A stretch of 64,000 bases of DNA from an uncultured Pelagibacteraceae bacterium (GTDB taxonomy: Bacteria > Pseudomonadota > Alphaproteobacteria > Pelagibacterales > Pelagibacteraceae). Below the pieces are notes generated by a model. That model ran no database searches and was not told where the DNA came from. It saw nothing but the letters and a program-made list of their open reading frames with translations. Both the position numbers and the translations under genes were made by a program. Of the stretch, positions 30,175-40,641 are shown in pieces (within the stretch, counting starts at the first letter, position 1; each line of letters opens with the position of its first letter). The stretch lies in the NCBI GenBank assembly GCA_902612345.1, contig CACMDE010000002.1, positions 96,769 to 160,768 on the forward strand, written 5' to 3'.

Positions 30175-31362
30175 ATGAGTAAACAGATAGACGATAATGA
30201 TATTGTCATTACTTCAGCTTTCAGGACAGCGATAGGTTCGTTTATTGGAAGTTTATCAGATCACTCAGCTGTTCAATTAGGTTCAGAGGTAATTAAGAAG
30301 TGCATAGAACATTCTAATCTTAAAAACAATGAAGTAGATATGGTTTATATGGGTCAAGTTTTACAAACCGGATCAGGACAGAATCCTGCTAGACAATCAT
30401 TAATTAACTCAGGAATAGAAAACTCAAAATCTGCAACTACAATAAATCAGGTTTGTGGGTCTGGTTTAGCTGCAGTAGCATTGGGTTATAACTCATTAAA
30501 ATTAAACGATGCAAATATTATTATAGCAGGTGGACAAGAAAGTATGACTAATTCTCCACATTATCAAGTTCTAAGAAAAGGTGAAAAAAATGAAGAAAGT
30601 AAAATGGAAGACTCTATGCTTATAGATGGATTAATTGATGTTTATAATCAATACCATATGGGAGTAACTGCAGAAAATGTTGCTGAAAAATACCAAATTA
30701 CTCGTAAGGAGCAAGATGAATTTGCAGTTAATTCTCAAAACAAAGCATCAGCAGCAATTAAACAAAATAAATTTAAAAATGAAATTGTTCCAATAAAGTT
30801 AAAAAACGGAAAAATGTTTGATACAGACGAATATCCTAAAATTGGAACTAATATAGAAAAATTATCTACTTTAAAAACAGTTTTTAAGGAAAATGGAACT
30901 GTTACAGCAGGTAATGCATCAGGTTTAAACGATGGAGCTGCAGCTTTAACTTTAATGACATTTAAAACAGCAAAAGATAAAAATTTAAAACCTTTAGCTA
31001 AAATTGTGTCGTGGGCCCAGTGTGGAGTTGATCCTTCTATAATGGGAACTGGACCTATTCCAGCTTCAAAATTAGCAATTAAAAAAGCAGGATGGACTGA
31101 AGATCAAATAGATTTAGTGGAAGCTAATGAAGCTTTTGCTGCACAAGCAATTTCTGTTAACAAAGAGCTTGGTTTTAATACTGAAAAAATAAATGTAAAT
31201 GGTGGAGCAATTGCATTAGGCCACCCAATAGGTGCGTCTGGAGCTAGAGTGTTAGTTACTTTGTTGCATGAAATGCAGAAAAGAAAATCAAAAAAGGGAC
31301 TTGCAACTCTTTGCATTGGCGGTGGCATGGGTATCGCAATGTGTGTAGAAAATATTCTTTAG
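30175..31362 (+). CDS. Acetyl-CoA C-acetyltransferase (thiolase)
   Basis: NQVCGSG, NEAFAAQ, GAIALGHPIGASG, LCIGGGMG. Confidence 0.95.
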   Translation: MSKQIDDNDIVITSAFRTAIGSFIGSLSDHSAVQLGSEVIKKCIEHSNLKNNEVDMVYMGQVLQTGSGQNPARQSLINSGIENSKSATTINQVCGSGLAAVALGYNSLKLNDANIIIAGGQESMTNSPHYQVLRKGEKNEESKMEDSMLIDGLIDVYNQYHMGVTAENVAEKYQITRKEQDEFAVNSQNKASAAIKQNKFKNEIVPIKLKNGKMFDTDEYPKIGTNIEKLSTLKTVFKENGTVTAGNASGLNDGAAALTLMTFKTAKDKNLKPLAKIVSWAQCGVDPSIMGTGPIPASKLAIKKAGWTEDQIDLVEANEAFAAQAISVNKELGFNTEKINVNGGAIALGHPIGASGARVLVTLLHEMQKRKSKKGLATLCIGGGMGIAMCVENIL

Positions 31363-31375
31363 TTTTTTGATTTAA

Positions 31376-32002
31376 ATGACATTTTTAAGTCTCGGCTTTT
31401 TCACTGGATTTAGTTTAATTTTAGCAATTGGCGCTCAAAATATATTTGTAATTGAACAAGGTTTAAAAAGGCAATTCATATTTATAGTTTGTTTAATTTG
31501 TGCAATATCAGACTTAATTCTTATATTTATTGGAATATTCTTATTTGAATATTTTAAGTATTATTTTACAAATATTGTTGAATTAATTTTAAATATTCTG
31601 TTACTTATTTTTTTAATTTATTTTATTATTAGCAAATTTAAATTTAAATATAAAGAAACTACTTTTAATACTGACAAAAATAAGTCTTCATTAAAAATTA
31701 TAATTTTAAAAACAATAAGTTTTACTTATCTTAATCCCCATGTTTATTCAGATACAGTATTTTTTTTAGGAAATTTTTCAAAAAATTTTTATATTACTCA
31801 TAAATATTTATTTGGATTAGGAGCATCAATATCATCGTTTATTTTCTTTTTTTCGTTAGGATATTTGTCAAAATTATTATCAAAACAGCTGAATAATCAA
31901 AAAACCTGGGAGGCTATTAATGCTTTTATAATTTTATTTATGGGATCTTTAGCTTTATACATTTTAATTGAGATTGTAATTGATTTGACATCTATGTATT
32001 AA
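31376..32002 (+). CDS. LysE/ArgO family amino acid exporter
   Basis: LILAIGAQNIFVIEQG, TYLNPHVYSDT. Confidence 0.85.
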   Translation: MTFLSLGFFTGFSLILAIGAQNIFVIEQGLKRQFIFIVCLICAISDLILIFIGIFLFEYFKYYFTNIVELILNILLLIFLIYFIISKFKFKYKETTFNTDKNKSSLKIIILKTISFTYLNPHVYSDTVFFLGNFSKNFYITHKYLFGLGASISSFIFFFSLGYLSKLLSKQLNNQKTWEAINAFIILFMGSLALYILIEIVIDLTSMY

Positions 32003-32024
32003 AGTTAATAAAATAAATTTATTT

Positions 32025-33080
32025 ATGGCAAATATTAAATTTTCAAATGTAGGCAAATCTTTCGGAGATAATAAAGTAATTAATAACTTTAATTTTCAAG
32101 GAAAAGATGATGAATTTTTAGTTTTAGTTGGACCCTCGGGATGTGGAAAATCTACACTTCTTAGAATGATTGCTGGCTTAGAACAAATAGATCAAGGTGA
32201 AATTCAAATTAACAATGAAGTAATTAATGAAATGCATCCATCTAAAAGACATACTGCAATGGTATTCCAGTCCTACGCTTTGTATCCACACATGAATGTT
32301 TACGATAATATGTCTTTTGGTCTTAAAATAGAAAAAAAAACTAAAGAAGAAATCCACTCAAAAGTTTTAAGTGCAGCTAAAACACTTAAAATTGAAGATC
32401 TTTTAGAAAGAAGACCAAAAGAACTTTCAGGCGGCCAAAGGCAAAGAGTTGCAATTGGAAGAGCAATAACTCGAAATCCAAAAATTTTTTTATTTGATGA
32501 ACCTTTGTCTAATCTTGATGCGGCTCTTAGAGCAGAAATGAGAGTCGAAATCTCCAGACTTCATCAAAAAATAAAAACAAATATTATTTATGTAACTCAC
32601 GATCAAGTAGAAGCAATGACTTTAGCAGATAGAATTGTCATTTTAAATAATGGCAACATTGAACAAGTAGGAACACCGAACGAAATTTACACAAATCCAG
32701 ATAATATTTTTGTTGCTCAATTTATTGGAACTCCAAAAATGAATATTTTTAAAATCAATTCTGAGAACATTGTCTCAAACAACAAAATAAATATTTTAGG
32801 AAGCAGTATCCCTTTTAGCGGAATAAACTTAGATAAGAAAAATTATTATATAGGTATAAGGCCTGAGCATTTAACTTTAAATGAAAATCAAGAATTTAAT
32901 TTTACTCCAAAAATTGAATTAATTGAAAATCTTGGAAACGAAAAAATAGTTTATATGGTAAGTGAACATAACCAATTATGTGCAAAAATTTCTAGCGATA
33001 TTCAAATCAACAACACATTTGGTTTTAATTTAAAAAATATTTTATTATTTGACGAAAATGGTCTTAGGATTAGATCATAA
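32025..33080 (+). CDS. Sugar ABC transporter ATP-binding subunit (MalK/UgpC family)
   Basis: GPSGCGKST, VFQSYALYPHM, LSGGQRQRVAIGRA, YVTHDQVEAMTLADRI. Confidence 0.93.
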   Translation: MANIKFSNVGKSFGDNKVINNFNFQGKDDEFLVLVGPSGCGKSTLLRMIAGLEQIDQGEIQINNEVINEMHPSKRHTAMVFQSYALYPHMNVYDNMSFGLKIEKKTKEEIHSKVLSAAKTLKIEDLLERRPKELSGGQRQRVAIGRAITRNPKIFLFDEPLSNLDAALRAEMRVEISRLHQKIKTNIIYVTHDQVEAMTLADRIVILNNGNIEQVGTPNEIYTNPDNIFVAQFIGTPKMNIFKINSENIVSNNKINILGSSIPFSGINLDKKNYYIGIRPEHLTLNENQEFNFTPKIELIENLGNEKIVYMVSEHNQLCAKISSDIQINNTFGFNLKNILLFDENGLRIRS

Positions 33081-33233
33081 TACAACTCAGAATTGTTTAA
33101 TTCTTTCCCTTTTTATAATGATTCTATTATGAAAAAATGTCTCACCCGATATTCCTAATGAAAAAGTCCTATCTATTGAAACTAATTTTCATTTTTTTTA
33201 AGATAAGTTTTTAAAAATAAAGAGAGGGGAATA

Positions 33234-34559
33234 ATGAGTAAAATAATAAAAATATTATCCATCTTAGCACTGTTCATTTCTAGCGCTAGCTATGCGGATA
33301 TTAAATTTTGGACTACAGAAGTACAGCCTGCAAGAATGGAAAAGCAGGAAGCAATGGCTAAATCTTTTGAGGCTAAAACAGGAATTAAAGTCGAGGTTAT
33401 TCCTATTGAGGAAAAAGATTTAGGTACAAGAGCTACTGCAGCAGCTGCAGCAGGTGACTTACCTGATGTGATTTATCATACACTTCAATATGTATTACCT
33501 TGGGCAGAGGCAGGAATATTAGACGTTGATGCAAATAACGATGTCGTTAAGGCATTAGGCAAGAAAACATTTGCTCCAGGTGCTTTAAAAATGGCAAAAA
33601 AAGGTTCTAAAATTGCCGCTGTTCCAGTTGATGGCTGGACACAAATGGTGGTTTATAGAAAAGACCTTTTTGAAAAAGCTGGTTTAGAGCCACCAACTAA
33701 TTATGCAAATATTGAAAAAGCAATAGATGCTTTATCAAGCAATGATATGTTTGGATTTGTTGCTGCAACAAAAACTGACGAAAACTTTATGAGTCAGGTT
33801 CTTGAACACGTTTTGTTAGCAAATGGTGTAAATATAGTTAAAAAAGGTGGAACAAAAAAACAAGGTAAAGCTTTGAAAAATTCATTAGAATTTTACAAGA
33901 AGTTAGCAAAAGCTAGTCCATCTGGTGAACTATATTGGAAACAGTCAAGAGAACTGTATTTCGCTGGTAAAACACCAATGATAATATGGTCTCCATTTAT
34001 TATGGATGAGCTAGCTGGCTTAAGAGACTCAGCGCCACCAACAATAAATAGTGATCCTACTTCACCTGAATTGGCATCTAAGACTGGTTTTATTACTAAT
34101 TTTAGTGGGCCAAATAATAAAAAAGGTGCAGCATGGGCAGACGTAAGATACTTTGGAATAACAGCTGACGCAGACACTGATGAGGCTAAAAAGTTTATAA
34201 TGTATTCTATGGACGAAGGTTATACGAATACATTGTCAATTGCTCCAGAGGGTAAGTTTCCAGTAAGAAGAGGAAATTCAAGCGATCCTGAAGCTTATAC
34301 AAAAGCTTGGAGTAAACTTCCAGTAGGTGTTGATAGAAAAGCACCTTTAACCGACCTTTACTCTGCAGATGTTATAAATAACATTGTAGCGGGTCTAGAT
34401 ACTGCTAACAGATGGGGTGTTAAAGAAGGTGAGCTTTCAAGAGCATCAAAAATTATCAATGCTCAATTCATAAACAGAATCACAAGAGAATATATGGATG
34501 ATGAGATATCTGTTGATGAAGCAGTTGATAAAATAAATGCAGAGTTAGCTAAATTCTAA
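33234..34559 (+). CDS. Carbohydrate ABC transporter substrate-binding protein
   Basis: Signal peptide, strong SD (GAGGGG), GDLPDV, YRKDLFEKAGLEPP. Confidence 0.9.
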   Translation: MSKIIKILSILALFISSASYADIKFWTTEVQPARMEKQEAMAKSFEAKTGIKVEVIPIEEKDLGTRATAAAAAGDLPDVIYHTLQYVLPWAEAGILDVDANNDVVKALGKKTFAPGALKMAKKGSKIAAVPVDGWTQMVVYRKDLFEKAGLEPPTNYANIEKAIDALSSNDMFGFVAATKTDENFMSQVLEHVLLANGVNIVKKGGTKKQGKALKNSLEFYKKLAKASPSGELYWKQSRELYFAGKTPMIIWSPFIMDELAGLRDSAPPTINSDPTSPELASKTGFITNFSGPNNKKGAAWADVRYFGITADADTDEAKKFIMYSMDEGYTNTLSIAPEGKFPVRRGNSSDPEAYTKAWSKLPVGVDRKAPLTDLYSADVINNIVAGLDTANRWGVKEGELSRASKIINAQFINRITREYMDDEISVDEAVDKINAELAKF

Positions 34560-34573
34560 CAATTTAAATTATT

Positions 34574-34610
34574 AAAAAAAGCGGATAATATATTTTATCC
34601 GCTTTTTTTT
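34574..34610 (+). terminator. Intrinsic terminator-like hairpin between the binding protein and permease genes
   Basis: A7-GCGGATAA-loop-TTATCCGC-T8, immediately followed by the permease ATG. Confidence 0.8.
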
Positions 34611-35870
34611 ATGGAACAAAAATTATCAAATTCAGAAAAAAGAACTGCTTATATATTAACTTTACCAGCAGTATGCCTCGTTTTTGCAATAATACTTTTT
34701 CCAATTTTCGCAAATATTTGGATTAGCTTTAAAGAAGTTCAGCTTAAAGATATAAGAATTCCTGAACCCAGAGCAAAAGAAATTATAAAAACTATCCCTG
34801 ATGAGCAAAATAAAATTAAAATAGTTTATAAATTAAGAAATAGTTCACTATTACAAGAAATAAGAAATGTTAAATTCGAGGATAAATTTTCTGACAATTT
34901 CAAACCACTTAACTTAGATGAAAGATGTAACTATAAAAAAAATAAAGTTAGGTGTGATTTTGGAAATTGGCCCGCTAAATATAGAGAAAATTTTGAGATT
35001 GTTTTTGAAATTAAGGATAGCGAAAAAATCGATAAAAAAGATATAAAGTCTTCAAAACCAAGGCTGTCAGGAGTCTCTGATAATATATTATTAAATACAA
35101 ACTTTACTTTAAAAAATTTTAAAAAAGTTATTTTTGAGAACGAATTTGTTGATTTGTTACTTACAACTTTTTATTATACTTTTTTTGGCACTGTAGGTTC
35201 TATTGTCTTTGGAATTTTAACTGCACAAATGGTAAATCAAAAGTTTTATGGCAGAACATTTATGCGTAGTGTTTTGTTATTTCCTTATGTAGCACCTGTT
35301 GTAGCTCTTGCATATACATGGGAACTTTTACTTGATCCTAATAGCGGAACATTGAATAGTTTATTAGTAAATTTTCAAATTTTAGAAACACCAATTAATT
35401 TACTTGGTCAAAAGTATTTAGATATTAATATCCTTGGAGTAAGCTTCAAATTAAGACTTGCACTTACTACAGTTATAATATTTGAAATTTGGAGATATTT
35501 CCCATTAGCTTTTTTATTTATTCTTGCACGTCTTCAGGCCATACCAAAAGATCTATATGAAGCTGCAGATGTTGACGGAGCAAGCCCATTCCAAAAATTC
35601 TTCAAAATAACATTACCTCAAATAACTGCGGTAATTTCAATACTCTTCATGATAAGATTTATTTGGAACTTTAATAAATTTGAAGATGTTTTTTTACTTA
35701 CAGGTGGTGCATCAGGCACAAGAACCTTACCAATTAATGTTTATCAACAAGGTTTTGCAATATCAGATATTGGAATGGGATCGGCAGTTTCAATCGTAAT
35801 TGTTTTGCTCTTACTTTTATTTATGTTTTTTTATTTTAAACTTTTAGGAAAGAGGGCAGATGAAAATTAA
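34611..35870 (+). CDS. Sugar ABC permease (MalF-like) with large periplasmic insertion
   Basis: LARLQAIPKDLYEAADVDGA EAA loop; soluble insert after the first TM segment. Confidence 0.9.
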   Translation: MEQKLSNSEKRTAYILTLPAVCLVFAIILFPIFANIWISFKEVQLKDIRIPEPRAKEIIKTIPDEQNKIKIVYKLRNSSLLQEIRNVKFEDKFSDNFKPLNLDERCNYKKNKVRCDFGNWPAKYRENFEIVFEIKDSEKIDKKDIKSSKPRLSGVSDNILLNTNFTLKNFKKVIFENEFVDLLLTTFYYTFFGTVGSIVFGILTAQMVNQKFYGRTFMRSVLLFPYVAPVVALAYTWELLLDPNSGTLNSLLVNFQILETPINLLGQKYLDINILGVSFKLRLALTTVIIFEIWRYFPLAFLFILARLQAIPKDLYEAADVDGASPFQKFFKITLPQITAVISILFMIRFIWNFNKFEDVFLLTGGASGTRTLPINVYQQGFAISDIGMGSAVSIVIVLLLLLFMFFYFKLLGKRADEN

Positions 35871-37053
35871 AAATCTTTTAATATATTCTATTATTTCGTC
35901 ATTTTTCTTACTAAGTTTAATATCTATATGGAAAATACTTGTAACTTTGCAAGGTTTAAAATTAGAAAACTTCAATACTACAATTATATTTATACTTGGA
36001 TTTTTATTTTCTTTTTTTAATGTATTTATAAGTGAAAGATTGAATTTTATTTTTAAATTTTTATTTTTTGCCCTTATTTTCGTTTATGTAGATGGATTTT
36101 TAATAAGTAAACTACCAATTTGGTATAATATAGGAATAGTATTTATTTTATATTTTTTTGCATCAAAAACAAAAAAATACAATTCAAATTTTTTGAACAA
36201 TGAACATTCCACACAATTAATTCTTTTTGATTTTTTAACTTTATTTGGGATAGTTCTTTTTTCATTTGTGATACTTTTTCCTTTTTATATGATGCTAGTT
36301 ACTAGTTTTAAAACACAAATTGCTTTATTGGTAAATCCATTAGACTTTTCAATTGATTTTAATCAAGATCTAAAAGAATTGTTTAAATCATATTTTGTGA
36401 TTTTTACTTCGTATAATTTTGGTAAATATATTTTAACTAGTACTATTGTGTCCCTCGGAACTGTGTTTATTACTCTAATTTTTGCTATTCCTGCAGCTTA
36501 TGCCATAGCTAGACTTAATTTTTTTGGCAAAACATTTATGTCAACATCAATATTGATAATATACATGTTTCCCGCAATAGTTTTGGTAATACCTTTGTAT
36601 ACAGTTTTTAGTCAATTAGGTTTGAGAAACTCTATCAGTGGGTTACTTATTGTCTACACAGCTACTACATTGCCCGTAGCAATTTATATGCTTCAAGGTT
36701 ATTTTAAAAGTATTCCTAAAGAATTAGAGGAAGCTGCAATTCTTGACAAATTAAGTTGGTTTGGAATAATTATAAAAATAATTTTACCACTAAGCATACC
36801 TGCCATTTCATCAGTTGCACTTTATGTATTTATGATTGCCTGGAACGAATTTTTATTTTCTTTAATGTTCTTAGACAATCCAAACTCTTTTACTCTTTCA
36901 AGAGCAATTCAATATTTAAGTGGTGACGCAGAAACACCTAGGCAGTATTTAATGGCAGGATCAGTGATAGTAACATTGCCTGTTTTGTTTATATTTGTAT
37001 ATTTTGAAAAATATCTTGTTAGCGGACTAACCGCAGGTAGTGTAAAAGGCTAG
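35860..37053 (+). CDS. Sugar ABC permease (MalG-like) with extra N-terminal TM segments
   Basis: YFKSIPKELEEAA, WNEFLF, LVSGLTAGSVKG. Confidence 0.9.
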   Translation: MKIKNLLIYSIISSFFLLSLISIWKILVTLQGLKLENFNTTIIFILGFLFSFFNVFISERLNFIFKFLFFALIFVYVDGFLISKLPIWYNIGIVFILYFFASKTKKYNSNFLNNEHSTQLILFDFLTLFGIVLFSFVILFPFYMMLVTSFKTQIALLVNPLDFSIDFNQDLKELFKSYFVIFTSYNFGKYILTSTIVSLGTVFITLIFAIPAAYAIARLNFFGKTFMSTSILIIYMFPAIVLVIPLYTVFSQLGLRNSISGLLIVYTATTLPVAIYMLQGYFKSIPKELEEAAILDKLSWFGIIIKIILPLSIPAISSVALYVFMIAWNEFLFSLMFLDNPNSFTLSRAIQYLSGDAETPRQYLMAGSVIVTLPVLFIFVYFEKYLVSGLTAGSVKG

Positions 37054-37058
37054 AACTA

Positions 37059-38321
37059 GTGACAAAATTATTAAAAAATGCTCAAAAAACTTTGTTAAAT
37101 AATAGAAGATCTGGCTACACACTTCCGACTAATAATAATCTTTATCCAGCACAGTGGAATTGGGACTCAGCTTTTATTGCATTAGGTTACTCCCACTTTA
37201 ATTTAAATTATGCGTTAGAAGAAATTCACACATTATTAAAAGGACAATGGAAAGATGGAATGATTCCACATATTTTGTTTCATGACAAAAATACAAAATA
37301 TTTCCCTAATCATACAGTTTGGAACTGCGGTAACAAAATTGCATCATCTGGAATAACTCAACCACCAATAATAGTAAGTATTTTAAGACAAATATTGGAA
37401 GGTAATAAGATTAGTGAAAAACAAGAAAAAAGAATCAAAGAAATAGTTAAAAAATTAAAGAAATACTTAAAATGGTTTATTCAATTTAGAGATCCAAAAA
37501 AAAAAGGTTTAGTATCAATATTACACCCATGGGAAAGTGGTTATGATAATTCATCAATTTGGGATAAGCCAATGAGTCAAGTTAAAGTAGAAAAGGGTTT
37601 AAAATATAAAAGAGGAGATATTAAAGTTGTAAATCCCGAGCAAAGACCCTTAAGTAAAGACTATGATCGTTATGTTACGATCAAAAACCATTTAAAAGCT
37701 AATAAATATAATCCAAATAAGCTTTACAAAATTTCAAAATTTAATGTAATTGATGTAGGGTTTAATTCTATCTTTTTAAGAGCTTTAAAGGATCTATTAA
37801 TACTACTTAATAGATATAATATAAATACCTCTAATTTAATTAAATATGTTAAGAAATCTGAAACGCAAATCGTGAAGTTGTATAATAACAAAAAAAATAT
37901 CTTTTATGCTTATGATGTAAAAAATAAAAAGAAAATTACAGTTCCATCAATAACAAATTTTTTTATTTTGTATGCAGATATTAATAATAACTTACTAAAT
38001 AAGAAAATTATTAATAGTTTAAAAAATTATAATAAAGGAAAAAAATATTTATTTTCATCTATTAAACCCGACCATAAAAGTTTTGAAGAAAAAAGATATT
38101 GGCGGGGACCAATATGGATTAATTGTAATTGGATTATTTATCAAGGATTGAAAAACAAAGATAAAATATTTTCAGATTATATCAAACGCAAAACAATAAA
38201 TTTATTAAACAAAAAGGGTTTCCATGAATATTATAGCTGTAAAAATGGTAATGCTATGGGTGCTTATAATTTTTCTTGGTCTGCTGCTTTGTATTTAGAC
38301 TTAGTATTAAATAAAAATTAG
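37059..38321 (+). CDS. GH63/MGH1-like glycoside hydrolase (glucosylglycerate/mannosylglycerate hydrolase-like)
   Basis: YPAQWNWDSAF, GMIPHI, SGITQPP, HPWESGYDNS, YWRGPIWINCNW, GFHEYY, FSWSAA. Confidence 0.85.
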   Translation: MTKLLKNAQKTLLNNRRSGYTLPTNNNLYPAQWNWDSAFIALGYSHFNLNYALEEIHTLLKGQWKDGMIPHILFHDKNTKYFPNHTVWNCGNKIASSGITQPPIIVSILRQILEGNKISEKQEKRIKEIVKKLKKYLKWFIQFRDPKKKGLVSILHPWESGYDNSSIWDKPMSQVKVEKGLKYKRGDIKVVNPEQRPLSKDYDRYVTIKNHLKANKYNPNKLYKISKFNVIDVGFNSIFLRALKDLLILLNRYNINTSNLIKYVKKSETQIVKLYNNKKNIFYAYDVKNKKKITVPSITNFFILYADINNNLLNKKIINSLKNYNKGKKYLFSSIKPDHKSFEEKRYWRGPIWINCNWIIYQGLKNKDKIFSDYIKRKTINLLNKKGFHEYYSCKNGNAMGAYNFSWSAALYLDLVLNKN

Positions 38322-39608
38322 TTAATTTGAAAATCCATATTTTCTAAGTCTAACATCGCCTGTTCTAGCGTGGGCTTCCATTCCCTCATATCTTGAAATT
38401 CTAGCACATGCTGCGCCAACTTCTTTTGTAGATTCTTTAGTCATTCTTTGAAAACTTAATGTTTTAATAAATTTTCCAACAAACAAACCTCCAGTATATC
38501 GTCCCGCACCTTTTGTTGGTAATATATGATTTGTACCCGAACATTTATCTCCATAAGCAACCGTTGTTTCTTCCCCTATAAACAAAGAACCATAATTTTT
38601 TAATCTTTCATGAAACCATTTAAGATTTTTAGTTTGAACCTCTAAATGTTCTGGAGCATATTCGTCACTTATCTTTGCAATTTCTTCATCAGTATCACAA
38701 AGAATTACTTCACCATAATCTTTCCAGGCTGCAGCTGAGTTCTCTCTTGGTAGTTCAGGTAAATCTGCAATTAGTTCAGGAACTCTTTGCATAACGTAAT
38801 CTGCAACTTTTTTACTTGTTGTAAAAAGCCATGCTGGTGAATTATATCCATGCTCTGCTTGTCCAACTAGATCATACGCTACCATTTCAGGGTCAGCTGT
38901 TTCATCTGCAATTACTGCAATCTCTGTTGGTCCTGCAAATAAATCAATACCAACTTTACCAAATAAAATTCTTTTTGCTTCGGCAACAAATTGATTTCCA
39001 GGTCCAACCAAAATATCTGCAGGTGCATTGCCAAAAAGACCATTAGTCATTGCTGCGATAGCTTGAACACCACCTAGGTTCATAATTACATCTGCACCAC
39101 ATAGATCTGCTGTGTAAACGATTGATGGATGAACACCAATATTAGGTTTAGGTGAACTACAAACTAAAATATTTTTTACACCCGCAACTTTAGCGGTAGT
39201 TACACTCATGACAGCTGAGGCTATATGAGCATATCTACCTGCGGGCACATAACATCCTGCGGTATTGACTGGAATTAATTTTTGTCCTGCAAATAATCCA
39301 TCAGATAATTCTACTTCAAAATCTTGACCATAATTTTTTAATTGCGCCTCAGCAAATTTTCTAACTCTTTCGTGTGAGAATTGAATATCATCTTTTGTTT
39401 TCTGATCTAGATTTTTTTTTATTTCTTCAATCTTTTCTTTTGATACAATTACTTCTCCTTCGTATTTATCAAATTTTTTTGAGAGTTCTTTACAACCATC
39501 TTCTTTTGTTTTTTCTATATCTTTTAATATTTCTTCAACAATCTCTCTTGTTTTACTATCATCCGTTGAAGACGTTTTCGGTGATTTTTTCAAATATTTT
39601 ATAGCCAT
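38322..39608 (-). CDS. hpsN: Sulfopropanediol (DHPS) 3-dehydrogenase, HisD-like
   Basis: MAIKYLKK start, GCYVPAGRYAHIASA, QAEHGYNSPAWL, AAAWKDYGEVI, YGDKCSGTNHILPT: HpsN-type rather than canonical HisD pattern. Confidence 0.8.
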   Translation of the reverse strand: MAIKYLKKSPKTSSTDDSKTREIVEEILKDIEKTKEDGCKELSKKFDKYEGEVIVSKEKIEEIKKNLDQKTKDDIQFSHERVRKFAEAQLKNYGQDFEVELSDGLFAGQKLIPVNTAGCYVPAGRYAHIASAVMSVTTAKVAGVKNILVCSSPKPNIGVHPSIVYTADLCGADVIMNLGGVQAIAAMTNGLFGNAPADILVGPGNQFVAEAKRILFGKVGIDLFAGPTEIAVIADETADPEMVAYDLVGQAEHGYNSPAWLFTTSKKVADYVMQRVPELIADLPELPRENSAAAWKDYGEVILCDTDEEIAKISDEYAPEHLEVQTKNLKWFHERLKNYGSLFIGEETTVAYGDKCSGTNHILPTKGAGRYTGGLFVGKFIKTLSFQRMTKESTKEVGAACARISRYEGMEAHARTGDVRLRKYGFSN

Positions 39609-39651
39609 ATTTTTTTACAAGGTTTTTATAATATAATTTTCAATTAAACAA

Positions 39652-40563
39652 CTAGTCTAAAGCAACCACAGCAGCAGCTATGGATGCAAGTCTAGCAGGC
39701 GCTTCATCAGATCTACTTGTTATGACTACTGGAACTTTACCACCCACAACCACTCCTGCAGCACAAGCTCCCATAAAGTATATCATCATTTTTACAAGTG
39801 AATTTCCTGTTTCTACATTTGGAACTAATAAAATATCTGCTTCTCCAGCAACTTCATTTTTAATACCTTTAATTGCAGCAGATTTTTTTGAAATCGCATT
39901 ATCAAAAGCTAAAGGACCAAAAACGTCAGCATCAATATTTTCTGATTTTGCAAGCTTTGTTAATTCCTTTGCATCTAAAGTTGTTGGAACGCTATCAATG
40001 ACTTCTTCTGTAGCTGATAAAATTGCTACTTTAGGTCTTTCTATTCCTATTCTTTTTGCAAAATTTACAACATTTTTTAAAATATGCATTTTTGTTTTTG
40101 CATTTGGCGCGACATTTAAAGCTCCATCAGTAATAATAATTGGATTATCATCTTTCTCTAAAGTCATATGCCAAACATGGCTTAGGCGAGTTTTGTTAAT
40201 TAATTTATGCTGTCTTTTAAGAACTTCTTTCATCAAAATATCTGTATGTATATGACCTTTAACAATAATACGAACTTTATCATCCGAGGCTAATTTCGCA
40301 GCAATTTCCGCTGTGTTATTTTCTATTGGTTCGTGAATAATTTCAAAATTTGAAATATCCCATTGTAGTTCATCCGCACATTTTTGAATTTCATTTTTAT
40401 CACCTATGAATACTGGCTCTATAAGTTTTTCATTTACCGCATCAAATACTGCTAGCATTGGAAGAGGCTTTCCAGCATTAACTATTGCAGCTTTTATATC
40501 TTTTTTTCCACTAGCCTTTTCAAGCAAGTTATGAGGACAAACTACTTTTTTATCTGATAACAT
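39652..40563 (-). CDS. pta: Phosphate acetyl/butyryltransferase
   Basis: VKGHIHTD, ITDGALNVAP, GPLAFDNAIS, VPNVETGN, ITSRSD. Confidence 0.8.
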   Translation of the reverse strand: MLSDKKVVCPHNLLEKASGKKDIKAAIVNAGKPLPMLAVFDAVNEKLIEPVFIGDKNEIQKCADELQWDISNFEIIHEPIENNTAEIAAKLASDDKVRIIVKGHIHTDILMKEVLKRQHKLINKTRLSHVWHMTLEKDDNPIIITDGALNVAPNAKTKMHILKNVVNFAKRIGIERPKVAILSATEEVIDSVPTTLDAKELTKLAKSENIDADVFGPLAFDNAISKKSAAIKGIKNEVAGEADILLVPNVETGNSLVKMMIYFMGACAAGVVVGGKVPVVITSRSDEAPARLASIAAAVVALD

Positions 40564-40641
40564 TGGATTTCTTATATTTCTTTTTCACTATTCTATAAAG
40601 AAATTTTAACAAATTTATGATTTTATGATATTTAAAGTGAT

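Noticed and set aside
33113-33127. Fur-like sequence TTATAATGATTCTAT upstream of the sugar binding-protein gene
   Set aside because: Four mismatches to the 7-1-7 consensus, including the conserved ends; expected by chance in AT-rich DNA.
38322-39608. Annotation as histidinol dehydrogenase (hisD)
   Set aside because: Motifs and sulfonate-gene context fit the HpsN paralog better.
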